DNA of 64,000 nucleotides from Rhodosorus marinus CCMP1338 (Eukaryota; Plantae; Rhodophyta): NCBI GenBank assembly GCA_029953675.1, contig JAMWBK010000007.1:1674001-1738000 (forward strand). The letters run 5' to 3'. Below are positions 20,853 through 32,314 of this stretch, piece by piece (position 1 is the stretch's first letter; every line of letters starts with the position of its first letter). The notes under the pieces were generated by a model that was not told the origin of the DNA, did not search any database, and saw only the letters and a program-made list of their open reading frames with translations. The position numbers were made by a program, and so were the translations under genes.

Positions 20853-23800
20853 TTAAAAATCGCTCAGCACGAGGCGACACTTGCCGGCTTCGCTGACGTC
20901 GTCTCGCTGAGCTAATCGCATAAACATCTGGTTCAGAATTCCTTCCCTGCTTTTCTTCGCGTTCCATAGCCGAAGTTCCGAGAAATTTCCGCGAGCACGT
21001 TCTACAACTGCTCCTCCATCCAAAACCATTCCGCCGACGGAGATCTGTGGTTTCCCCGCAACGTCCAGTCTCCTCCTATTAACGGTCTTCTGCTTAGCCC
21101 CATCCACGAAGATCTCAATTTTGTTTGCACCGTCATTGGAACCCCATCTCAGTTTTGAGTCGTAGAGAACCGCGATATGCTTAGGGAAGCGACTTCTCAC
21201 AAAGTTCATAACCGGCGGGGCACCTTGAATTCTCTTACGCAAGAGCAGGAGTTCCTGTGCTTCAACAACACCGGAGTTTCGATGTCCGCTGTGGTCGAAG
21301 ATTTCAAGAGGTTTCATCTTTCGAAAGCGGCCCGGAACGATCTTCATTGCTGTGGTGCCTTCCGCTTGGGCAAGCATGTCAGGCCCAGCATCCGCTCGGT
21401 TTCTCAGGTTTGCGTTCGTGAAATAGTAGTATCCTACCAATCCCCGCGAAGACCTGCTGATCCTCGTGTTCATGTCTGCGACAACATCCGCAGCGGTCCT
21501 CGTCCGGTTGTAAACCCTGAAGTCGTCTACCATGAGACACGCACGGCGATTGGATCCCAACGAATCCACGCCCATGAAAAAATGGTCGTTGCCATCCGCA
21601 AGCCAACCATGATCAATCGTAAACTCGCTTTGCACGTTTTGCATTTCGACCTCAAGCCCGTTCACAATCACACCAAACCAGCCGTTGCTCAGCCTCGACT
21701 GGTAGCTCAGATGGTACCATCCTCGGGCTTTCAAAGGCACAGTCGCTGCTCTGTCTACGGAATAGAAGCCTAAGTACGGTTTTCCATTCCTCACAACGCA
21801 ATGCAGCTTCCTGCGTGTTTCTATAACTCCAGGTTTCGTAAAGCAAAGGAACCTATCTCCCGGAAAACCCCCCTGATCATCCGCTCCTTCGTAGTACACC
21901 CATGCTTCGATCGAGAAGTCACCCTTTTCCAACCCATAGTGCTTGACCGTACCAAGCGATAGCCTCTGCTTAGGAATATCAGAAAGAGCAGCTGCAGAGG
22001 TCTCAAAGTCTTCGGCATCCTCATTCGCGTAAAAGGGCCCTGGAGCGGGAACCATCAGTTCGCCAGTCTTCGCATACCCGGTGGCCATCAATTCTGTCTT
22101 GACTGGGTTCTGCGCTCTGTTCTGATAGTTTCTATTTTTGAAGCAGTAGTAACCTCGAAGTCCGTTCGCCGAAGCGAGAATTCGAGAATCCCCATCGCGG
22201 AGAATCTCTTGCGCAGTCCTCAGACGGTTGAAGATCCTTACTTCATCGATCATCTCCACAACACCTGTATGGCCGTGCCAGGTCGGGTCCGGCCCAATGA
22301 ACAACCCGTCGGACTTTTCAAACTTCCCTTTAACAACGCCCTCTGCCTCCATCCCGATCTCAATACCGTTCAGAATCACGTTGGCAAATCCTTCGCTTAG
22401 ATTGCCTTGAAAGCTCACATGATACCAACGACCTGCATGCAGCTTGACGAACTTAGATGTACATTGAAAAGACCCGTTACCAATCCTCGGCTTTCCCCGT
22501 TCAAGGCTGCACTGGAGTTGTCTACCAGGGATGTTGGGACCTCCAGTGGTAAAGATGAACTGACTCTCATCTGTAGCCCGGGGAAAGATCCACGCCTCTA
22601 GCGAGAATCCTCCACTCTCGATTCCGTAATCCGATACTTTACCGATGGCGAGGGATTCCCCGTTCGCAAAGAACTTGTGAGCTGATTGTTCGAACTCAAC
22701 TGCGTTTACGTTTGGCACGCGTTTCTGCTGATCCAGCACTCCTAGCTCTTCGAATGTGTAGTACGCCTTTAATCCTGCCTCTCGTGGATGGCACCGTGTC
22801 TGGAAATCCCTTGTGACGACGCTAGGTTCGCGTGCGACATCGAACATTCGGACTTCCATGATCTCTACTTCGTTCTGGGGATCGTCTTCACCAGCTCCAA
22901 TCACCAGCTGGAGATTCTTGGTCAACATATTCATTTGCTCGTCAGGGAAGAGCTCGAAAACCACAACCCCGTTGCGGAGGGCCCGCAAAACAACTTTTGC
23001 GCTCTCGCCTTTTGTTTCACGAATTTCTCTTTGGAAGCATAGATGATGCCACATGTCCAGTTTGAAAATGGGGCCGCTCTCCCCTATGCCATCAACGACG
23101 AGCGTTCGTTCGGCACTCAAGTTTACGGTTAGCACCGGCGATTTAGATGTCTTGCTCATCAGTGAAAGCAACTTTATCCCGTTGAAGTCTGTTCCAGAAA
23201 CAGTCACCCGGAACCACATTTCCAAAGTGAATTCACGGGACTCATTGTCTATATTGTCCATGTCCGGGAGTACAAGCTGTCCAGTTACTAAGCTGAGGCC
23301 CGTCAGAGCTCCAACCTTTCTCGGCTCGGGCTGGTTGAGCGCGACAATGCTGTCGGTCGATACTGGATCTGTGAAACCGCGACGGCTCAAGTCAACTAGA
23401 CGACCGTCTTCCATGCAACAGAAGTAAGCCATCAAGTTCGGCTCGAATCCAGTGAGGCGGATATGGTTGTCTCTGTTGATGTCTCTGTACTGTCGAGTGC
23501 GATTGAATACTCGAATGTCATCGATCCACACATCAGCCTTTGGGGCTCCGAAACGCAAGTTAGCGCGGCCAGCGAGCGGTCCCTCATACTTGAATTTCCT
23601 CCGTTCAGCTCCACTCTCGTCCTCTCCAAGGCCATCGACTAGTATGCTTGCTGACCACTCTCGCTCCACGTTACTCGTGTCAAAGTCAACCGGATCGAAG
23701 AGGAAAGCAAAGTGAGTCCATTGCCCTGTTTGAACCTCTTCCGCCGCGATGATCATCGTCGTTTCTCCTCCGAGCGATACGAAAGGAAATAGTCCTTCCG

Positions 23801-26800
23801 TGAAACCAATTTGAAGCGAGCCACCGTCCACAGGCTCAAGGGTTTCCAGAAGCAGAATGCGTTCTTCTGCTTCTTCTACGGCTTCAATTTTTGCCCAGAA
23901 CTCAATTGAGATTCCTGGACTGGAGCCATGAGAGTCAAGGATGCCTAGTTCCTCCAGCGTTCCAAGGTAGACCTGTCCTGTACCAAGCGCATCCAGTGGA
24001 AAACCGAAACGAAGCGTGTCCGACTTCCTGCTTCCGATCGGAAAGCATTCATGCGTGCCAACGGAATCCGACCGGGAAACTAGAGCTGGCGCCGTCCGAA
24101 ACCGTTTCCGTACTGGCCTCGTGAGCTCGATCTCAGCCCCTAAGCGACCAGTTACCCCGCTGTGGTCAACAAACTTCCGCGCAACTTGATTGTAACGATA
24201 GCAAGCAGTCAGTTCCCCCGCTGGAAGTCGCTCCGTGTTGATTCGATTATTCATATCTCGCAGGATCCACGCATCAGACCTCGCAACTCGAAACAACCGA
24301 ACCTCCTCAATCCATCCAACGAATGGTGCAAGGCTCGAAATACCCCCCCCTAGAATCCAACGCATTGGGCTCCCATCGTGCATTGTCTCCCATTCCCAGG
24401 CAGCGATACCACTGTCAGCAATCACGCCGTTCACTAATACATCTTTTCGTTTTGACTTCCCGCTATAGCGGAACGCTAAATGATTCCATGTCTCCGGAAC
24501 TAAGTCTGCCGCTAGGCTGTTCTTGTCCTTCAAGAAGTTGAAACGCACTTGCTTGCTTACCGGGTCAAGAGATATGCGAAGATCCTTTCCTTCCTCAGTG
24601 AGTTCAGGCGACTGAAGCATTAAGGCCACCTCTCTTTCTTCATCATTCACCTTCCACCACAACCACAACTCGATGGTGAAGGCTGCAGTGATCGAAAGCT
24701 TCTCCAAGTCGGGCATCGATACGGCATCCTCGTTGATCCCACGAAACGGACATGCTGAGGAAAGAGGCAATGTTGGCCGGCATATACTGGCCTCCACTTT
24801 CTGGCAAGCGAATGGGGACGATAGCTGGGGAGAAATCGAAAGACTGTTCCTGGGAATCTCCGTCTGAGAATCCAGAACTTCACAGTTAATTGCAAGACTT
24901 GAGAAACAAGTTACTTCCATTGCGCTAATATCCATGCTCACAGCCAATGCCAGGTTATCTGGAGGCATTTCGGTGTCTAGGCGGTTGCTCATGTACGATC
25001 GAACCATGTCCCTCGACAGCGCTTCAGAGAACCACAGCAGCTCATCGACCCAGAACGGTCCGCTTGCGCCTTCGACGGGGAATACCAGATTCAGATCAAA
25101 GGATTCGTTCTCTCTGCTGGGAGTTCCATCACCTTGCTCAACCACCTTGTAATCCTCAGCAACACCATCAACGCAGAGCTCCAGACTTTTCCGAGACTGT
25201 CTCCTGATCAAGGCGATATGGTACCATTTTCCAGCTTCTGCCTGTCTACGACTAACGAGGGCTACCTCCTCAGCAGTATCCGTTTGCTGGATTGAGAACA
25301 CAATTTTTCCATCTCGTCTCTCCAGTTTGAATCGCGGCCCAAGATACCGCTCGTGCTCTGTAGTCAGGAGTACAGACGAAGGCGCTGCGGCTTCCTCAAA
25401 AGCCAACCACATGCCAAATGTGAAATCGCCAGAAAAATAGTCCTCCTCTCCCTTCATTGTGACTTGTAGTCGACCCGTACTTTGCGGTGCTGATGAGGAT
25501 TGAAATAGAATCGGAGCCCATCGCAGGCTTGAGCTCTTGTCGTCCCATCCATTGAAGTTCAAAATTTTCCGCTGAAAAATGCTGGCATCCACTAGTCGTT
25601 CTTTACCGTCTTGCTTTCCGATTCTGTAACACGCGACAAGACTGTCCTCCGAAGCACCATGCCTCACGTTGAAGTTTTCAGCGATCTCCTCACTCGATCG
25701 GAGTCGATTGAAGATGCGCAGCTCGTCGATTGCCCCGTCCAGTGCGGCAGTCCCCAGGAACCCCACTTGCAGACTGTTGACAGTGCTCGCTATCCAAGGT
25801 ATCCGGTCACTACTTGAGGAATCGAAGGAACTGTGCCCGACAGCTCGCGAGTACACGCCGCTAGGCGCTTCAACGCCGTTGATGAAGATCTCCCGTTTTC
25901 CCAAGTTCTTATCGAAACAAAACGCTAGATGATTCCACTCGCGCTTTATCAGCTTATGTGGGCAAACAATATCTACCCCAACCTCGGGCATGGTGAAATG
26001 AGGTTTTGCAGCAGCAGCCTCTTCGTCCGCCTCGAGCCACAACCCCATCAACAGCTTCCCTTCTCCTTTTGAGGTAACCGCGATTAAGGGAATGACACCA
26101 CTCGATTTCTCATCCTTTTTCTCCGGGTCAATTCCGTATCCATTCACTCCGGTAGCATCGTACCGAAAAACAAAGTACACCCACAGCTCAATTGTGAAGC
26201 TTCCACTTCCAAGGCCAAGTTCTTGTGGGTGATGGGCGAAGGTTCTACGCGGTGATGAGTCCGAAAAGACGAAGGCTGGGCGCTGCTGCGAGTTGACCAA
26301 GCTGAGTTTCATCAATTCAGCATTACCTACGGAGCTGAAAATTCAGTTCTAATGTTTGAGGGCTTTCTGGGTGATCATAATCATCCGACATGTGACTACA
26401 TGCCAAATCTCACCTTCATTTCCAGTAGCTCCGGCCGCTAGGATGGTATGTCGGACTTCTTCCTGATGGGGTATTGGTGAGGCTCGCACCTCTACTGTTA
26501 GTTGTTTCTGTGGTAGGTCGTCGCTGTCGTCCACATCCAATTGAAGCGAATCATGAAGATTCGCCATGTATTGGGGCGCTGTTGCGGAAGGATCACGTTC
26601 AGAGAACAACCAGCGGCTGCCACTACCTGAATGAAGAACAGCCGCGATGGAGACATCACTCACTGGTGGTTCTAGCAGGCCTGCGCATCTACTCGAATCA
26701 GTGGCTTGAACAAGGAGGCTAGGTACTTCGTGACCTTTTTCTGTCGATACAACGACCCCCGAGACCTCCTGGCGGCAGTGCTTAGGCGCATCATATCCAT

Positions 26801-29045
26801 GCCATGTTACGCTCATCCCTCTCAGTTCGTTGGTCACTTTTTCTTCACCATCGATGTCCCACAGTTTTGGAGCTGTTATTTCGAGCTTCAAACTGCCAGT
26901 TTCTATTGAATCCGTAAGCTCTAATTCCAGATCGCCGACGGTTAATGGTAACCCCGGGGGAAGCGAAACGGTTGAAGGTTCCTTGAGAACAAGACACCAG
27001 CTTACTGATTTGCTGCCGAGCGAGACCCGTTCACTGAAGAACGCTTCCATCACTGTCCCAAGGCTGAACGATGAACTTTCTCCGTTCAAGACACGAGCGA
27101 GCAACTGAGGACTCCTAGGAACATATCTCCAGACCTCCAACACCTGAAATACCTTATTCTCAAGTGTTACCGTGCAGTACGGACTAATCAAAATCGGGGA
27201 CGTCGCCTTCTTCGTAAACGTTGCCTCTCTGGATAGTTTGATGGTCGTAGCTCCCTCTCCGGTCCTAGTACGACGAGAGAGGAAGTACATCCAACCGCTT
27301 TCTTCCTTCCATGGTTTGACCTCGTTGACGAGTCTTAGGCGTTGTATTGCGGGCGACGAGTTCTTGTCAAGTGTGGCTGTCAACAACCCCCCCCCAAAAC
27401 CCTCAAGTCTCAACTTGACTTTCTGAACGAGTTCCAATGCATGCAGAGGTTGCGTCGCTGCAGCATGACAACCAAGCACACTAGCACTCATTGTTCGTCC
27501 TCTTGAATCAAATTTGACCACGATCGGGCTCATGGCTGGGGAGTCAAGCCAGTGCCTAGTTATCAGGCTGTTCAGTTTCACGAGTCTAGCACTGTAGGCA
27601 TCGATCAGCTTCGAAATAGACTTGATTTCGGTATCGTCAGTGTAGGCACTCAGCAAAGCACCACTAGCAAGTGACTGTCTTTTCGTATCCAGACCAGCCA
27701 TTTCTGCCTGCAGCAGGTACATTTCAGCCCTGTAGGCAGCAGAGCGTCCCGGGTCAGCGACTGCGCTTCGCCTGCCATCTTCGCCCTCGCCTTGGATGAT
27801 CCCGTGTGGGGTATTTTGAACTGTATCTTGCCAGTTAGCATTCACATAGTCCGACTCCTGGATACCCAAACCATTGCTCATCATTTTCGCAGTCGAGATG
27901 GTTCCATTCACCTCCGCAATTGAGCCATCGCGAGAATCGGCGTCGAAATCGAGAACTGCAACGAAGCGCTCCGGTCCTCTGAAAACGTCGAACACCACAA
28001 GCACTCGCTCCAGGCCGAGGCCTGAGGACAACTCCGCATCGATCCGCAGCCCGGACGTTGTCTGCTTGAGCTTAGGGTCCGTGATTGGTAGGGTGTCCAC
28101 GCTCGGTCTGTAGGTCAGGGCTTCGAGTTCCGAGCCCGGGAAGAGTCCTCTAAACATCACCGCACACTCAGTCCAAACTGGGGTGCTATCAGAATCGACA
28201 GTTTTCATCCCCGTTTGCTCTACTGGGAAGCTGAAGTATTGCACGCTCTCACCGGTGGATATGAACAAGTGGAGCTGCGATTTCAACGGACGCAAAGCGG
28301 AGGGGTGATCAGGGGGGCCTTCGCCGTGAAATGCGGATGTTCCCGCGGCGCTGAACACTGTTGCCGGTGGAATCATTCTCATTGCGACAGTTTTCGGTTT
28401 AGAGTTCGGGACGGTTCGGTCCGACACCGGAATCAGAGTTGTCCCGTCCAACGCGTACGTGTCGACGAGTAGATCGCAAGATATCACAGGTGCGATTGTA
28501 TTCGGAGCCGTCCCTTCCCTGGGTCGCTGCACCAGTGTTTTATCCGCCACATATAGATTCGACTCGCTTTCACCGTCCACGCCCGTCCGGACCACGTAGA
28601 TGAACATTCCAATAGAAACAACATCGAAGGAACCAGATCCGAAACGAGCCGTTGTTTCCATAGCTGACCTTTCGTTTGCAGATCTATTCGAAGCCTTTGG
28701 AAGCATAAACTGTTCCCTTGTGCCATCCCCGCTCACTGTTTCAATGTTTTCTGGATAGTCAAGTTCTTTTGATGCTGCTTCGAGCTGCGAACCTCCTGCT
28801 CCTGACAATAGCGCGTAACTGAGTACCTGTGGTCTTTCTAGTTTGAAGACAATCAATTTTCCACCATGGCGCAAAAATCTAACGTCCTTTGTACTCTGGC
28901 TTCCATCAAGATTCAGGTTTGTTCGAGCTCCCTCGGCTACGACCGCATCAGCGCGTGCAAAAGTATCACCATCCACTCTGAGGCCCTCGCTAATCCCATC
29001 GTCCTCCCGGAGTCTTGTCTCATTCGCACTAATCGAGCTCTCCAT
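20853..29045 (-). CDS. Giant LamG/concanavalin-A-like repeat protein, probably one gene (exons 29045-26414 and 26326-20853; ~2701 aa)
   Basis: The 1820-aa ORF contains seven repeats of F(T/S)xExW..W.H(L/I/V/F)xF..(I/V)(D/E)(E/D)xR(I/L)FN..R plus a partial eighth. The 898-aa ORF (26349..29045) is in the same frame, separated only by TAG-AAC-TGA, and both stops fall inside a phase-compatible GT-AG segment. Confidence is ~0.9 for the LamG repeats and ~0.65 for the join. Confidence 0.75.
26327..26413 (-). other. Predicted 87-nt spliceosomal intron joining the two ORFs
   Basis: GAA G|GTGAGA...AGCTCCGTAG|GT AAT, phase 1 at both ends. Its length and CGTAG acceptor match the kinase intron (..CCTCCGTAG) and the glycosyltransferase intron (..CCTCGTAG). 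Confidence 0.65.
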
Positions 29046-30064
29046 ACCAGCGAGGGGCCCTGGTTACCCTTTCCGCTCGACCATCAAGTTCGTCCAATAC
29101 CAGCCTGTTCGCAATAGCAAGGCTTCGTTATACACGATCAAGGCTTCATTTCAAGAGGAAGCCTAGCCTGACGCGTGAATACGCCATCGAAATACCTCAA
29201 CAAACTCTTGCTCTGTGTGATCCCACGTAGCCCACCTTTATCTTACTCAAAATTTCTCGCGAAGGAGATACCCCCCGCGGCTGATTGAGATCAGAGGCTA
29301 GCAACTGCGATGACCCATACTGTGCCCATTCCTTCTTAGGATATAGCGCATGAGTAAGTGTGCGAGAAGAGCCAATTTATCTTCGCTTACGTGCTCTTCT
29401 TCCTAGTCCCTAGTTCCTTTTTACGTCTTGCGTAGGGCACCAAGGCTATATGTCTGTAAAACCACCACCACCAATGTGCCCTCGCAAAGATCTAGTCTAA
29501 ATTCAGGTGGGTACGATATTCAGTCCAGTTCGATCCATTTGGATTGAAATCGGATGGATTCTTCACGGGTTTCAATGGGGCAGCTCCGGTTTCTGAGGAG
29601 AAGTTGCTCTCTCCACCCAACCCCTGGGGACTCAAAAAAAGAAAAATAGCATCTTGCAAAAAAAAAGCAACGATGCCCTTGGCAATCCCCACACACCACT
29701 GTTTGGCACTGCCAACTTACGAATGCACATTTTTTTGATGGCGTTTTGATTTTTTTTATGGTTATCCTGAGGTTTTGAGGACGCAATGCTAGCGGCAGGC
29801 TGTTGCCCCAAGCGATAAAGTAACGGTATATGCTCGTTTCGAGTCAAATTCCAGGCGCAACCAAAAGAATGAAAAAACTTCCGACTGTTGAGCTCTAAAA
29901 AGTGTGGATCGCCACCCCTCAAAGTATGGATGCAATTGTCACGTATAAGTTGTACTTGCAGATATGCTTCGGGCTATAGGCTGTTGTGATCGAGCTGATT
30001 CCGGCTCACCGAGCTTTGTGGGGCAAGCTTAGCATCCAGCGGTGGTGGAAGGCCAGATCCACCT

Positions 30065-32314
30065 TCAAGCAGAGTTGCCATTGCTAGGTACCGACCAAGA
30101 GAACTCTGCTGACCAGTCCGACTCAGTCTCACCACCTGCGGGCCGTGTACAAAGCAACGGACTGAACGCCGGGTCGTTCTCTACCGCGCCAAACATGAAC
30201 AACTCCCAGGCTGGTTTGGTTTCCATCTGATGCGCGTAAATCTTTATCTTTCCGGGTCCTTCATCAATGAATTTGAAGATGTAGCTCTTATCGTCAAAAT
30301 TTTGTTCCAAGGGTGCCAAAGTGATTATCCCGTGCTCCATAAACTGCAGTGTGTGTCTCCAGTACTGACCGTCGGTGGACTGTACCCTTGCCAAATGCTG
30401 CGCCCCGTCGACGATATGAATTCTGAAGTACATGGTGGCCTTGGGCAATCCGAGCGTTGAGGATTGAAATGCCTGAACTGTAGGCCCAGCTCGTACTGCG
30501 TATAAGGATTTCTCAGAGGCAGTGAATTTCTCGTCTTTCATCGATTCCATGAGGAACGCAGCAGTGTCTTTCTTCGCCGCGTCCTGCAGATCGATGCCTT
30601 CTCTAACAAACCTTTCGACATCGACTTCATCTTGATCAAGCAATTCTTCGATTCTTGCTGGAACCCGTCGCTCCAAGACCCTGTGCGTGCCGGAGTCCAT
30701 CTTGCGCTGCAGTTCTTCCCTCAGTTCATCCTCGGAATTCACAGTTTTCAGGAATAGAAGATCGTCCGTCTCCTCCGCAGTTCGATCGAAGATAATTAAA
30801 CTCTTTGAAACAACCCCTTGCAGGACATATGCTTCATCGTCCGCTCCATATGAGAACGACATATATGCTCCACCTGAGATTCGTGTTGTCGTCTCATCAA
30901 CTGATACTAGCGGGAAAGTGTTGTCCAGGAACTTTTGAAATCGAAGCCGCTCGACATTCCGCAGCTCACTTTTTCGCTTGACTTGCTCCCTTTCTCGGAG
31001 TTTCTGGCTTGCCTTCGCACCCTGCGCCTTCTTATACAGGCTTCTCGCCTGAAGATTGTGAACCTGGGGCGGGACCTGAGGATATATCTCCAGTTTTCTT
31101 AAAGCGTCAACAGCTATCTCAGCAGCTTTCTCATCCGCTTCAGCTTCTGCAGCCTTAACTGTTGCCAGAAGTTTTACTTGCATCATCCGCAACGCATCCC
31201 TCTTCTCGCTCAGGTCTCTCAGTTGAGGTAACTGGAGAACGGAGTCTCGATCTTCCATTATATCGGATATTTGTTTCTTCACCTCCTCACAGGACAAGTA
31301 CTTTTCGACCACATCGTCGAGGACGTAGCTGGACAGCCTTGCAAGTTCAGATTCAGTCTTCGAAAAGTCGGGAATTCCCTTGTACTTTGTCACGACCGCC
31401 CTCAGGGGAACCGCCGTTCCGACAAACTTGACAGCATCAACAGTCACCTCTGGGGCCTCTTCTTCCCCCTCGGCTCGATCCCCTTCACCCAGCTGTGTGT
31501 CCTCCAGTTTCTTCCGCTCACCAAGTCCAAATACTTGGGTCGCTCCTGCGCTGCTTACTCCAATTCGCAGGAACGCATCTCCTCCGAACACCATCGCTGG
31601 AAACATTCGAAAGAGCTTCACGAAACTCACCGGGTCCATCGGCACAAGCTGAACACCTCCTCCCTGTATCGAAACCGTTACATTGGCACTTCGACCACTC
31701 GTCATGTTGGAAACCAGCGTATCGATACCAATCTTCCCAGATGCGACACCTTCCTTGCCTGCAGCCGCATCAGCTTTGATGTTCTGCCGGGACTCGTTGG
31801 AATTTGCCTTAATTTCTATCACACCTTCTAACCGCCCTCCTATCTCAAGTGCTGATATGTACGTGTCTCCGAACATTTCCAAGAACGTATCCTGCTTCAG
31901 ACTCAAGTTGTCCAACGGGTTCTTGTTCTTGTCAACAACCGGTTGACCCTTTATTCGGGCCACAGAGTGTCGAACCATGACACTCACCAGCATGTATTCA
32001 TTGGATGAGGTGTCAAGTTTCATCTTTTCAAATTTTCCTTCAACGCTTCCTGAGAATGCGCCTTTCGTGACATTTAAAGCTCCACTGATATTCATAGAGT
32101 CCAGCAGCTCCTTCTTGCTCTCAATGAACCTGTACTTGTACTCAACGGCACTCCCTGGCGATCCGTCCTCCAACCAGTTGTTTTCGTGAAACAGCGTCGT
32201 TTCCTGATCAAGCGCCTCTTCGAAAGGGGAACCCCGGACCGCACCACTGAGAGTATCATATCCAAGTCCAAGACGACACATCGAAGGCTGGAAAGGCACG
32301 AGAAACGACGTCAT
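30065..32314 (-). CDS. MACPF-like pore-forming protein, paralogue 4 (749 aa), with helical region and divergent C-terminal module
   Basis: LGLGYD; FGDTYISALEIGG signature; AVPLRAVVTKY; C-terminal RVQSTDGQYWR..GIITL..SYIF parallels paralogues 1 and 2. ATG start. Confidence 0.82.
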   Translation of the reverse strand: MTSFLVPFQPSMCRLGLGYDTLSGAVRGSPFEEALDQETTLFHENNWLEDGSPGSAVEYKYRFIESKKELLDSMNISGALNVTKGAFSGSVEGKFEKMKLDTSSNEYMLVSVMVRHSVARIKGQPVVDKNKNPLDNLSLKQDTFLEMFGDTYISALEIGGRLEGVIEIKANSNESRQNIKADAAAGKEGVASGKIGIDTLVSNMTSGRSANVTVSIQGGGVQLVPMDPVSFVKLFRMFPAMVFGGDAFLRIGVSSAGATQVFGLGERKKLEDTQLGEGDRAEGEEEAPEVTVDAVKFVGTAVPLRAVVTKYKGIPDFSKTESELARLSSYVLDDVVEKYLSCEEVKKQISDIMEDRDSVLQLPQLRDLSEKRDALRMMQVKLLATVKAAEAEADEKAAEIAVDALRKLEIYPQVPPQVHNLQARSLYKKAQGAKASQKLREREQVKRKSELRNVERLRFQKFLDNTFPLVSVDETTTRISGGAYMSFSYGADDEAYVLQGVVSKSLIIFDRTAEETDDLLFLKTVNSEDELREELQRKMDSGTHRVLERRVPARIEELLDQDEVDVERFVREGIDLQDAAKKDTAAFLMESMKDEKFTASEKSLYAVRAGPTVQAFQSSTLGLPKATMYFRIHIVDGAQHLARVQSTDGQYWRHTLQFMEHGIITLAPLEQNFDDKSYIFKFIDEGPGKIKIYAHQMETKPAWELFMFGAVENDPAFSPLLCTRPAGGETESDWSAEFSWSVPSNGNSA

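Noticed and set aside
20536-20880. Possible extension of the LamG gene via a 38-nt GC-AG intron or a frameshift into EPWYFWDHR...
   Set aside because: It would be much shorter than the other introns here (77-161 nt), uses a non-canonical donor, and the downstream peptide is unconvincing; needs RNA data.
1875-31946. Many antisense or alternate-frame ORFs overlapping the six cluster genes (e.g. 1875..2477, 5119..5649, 15981..16763, 21177..21773, 31271..31831)
   Set aside because: Shadow ORFs of long coding sequences with no recognisable motifs; Ser-rich ones simply mirror Glu-rich sense codons.
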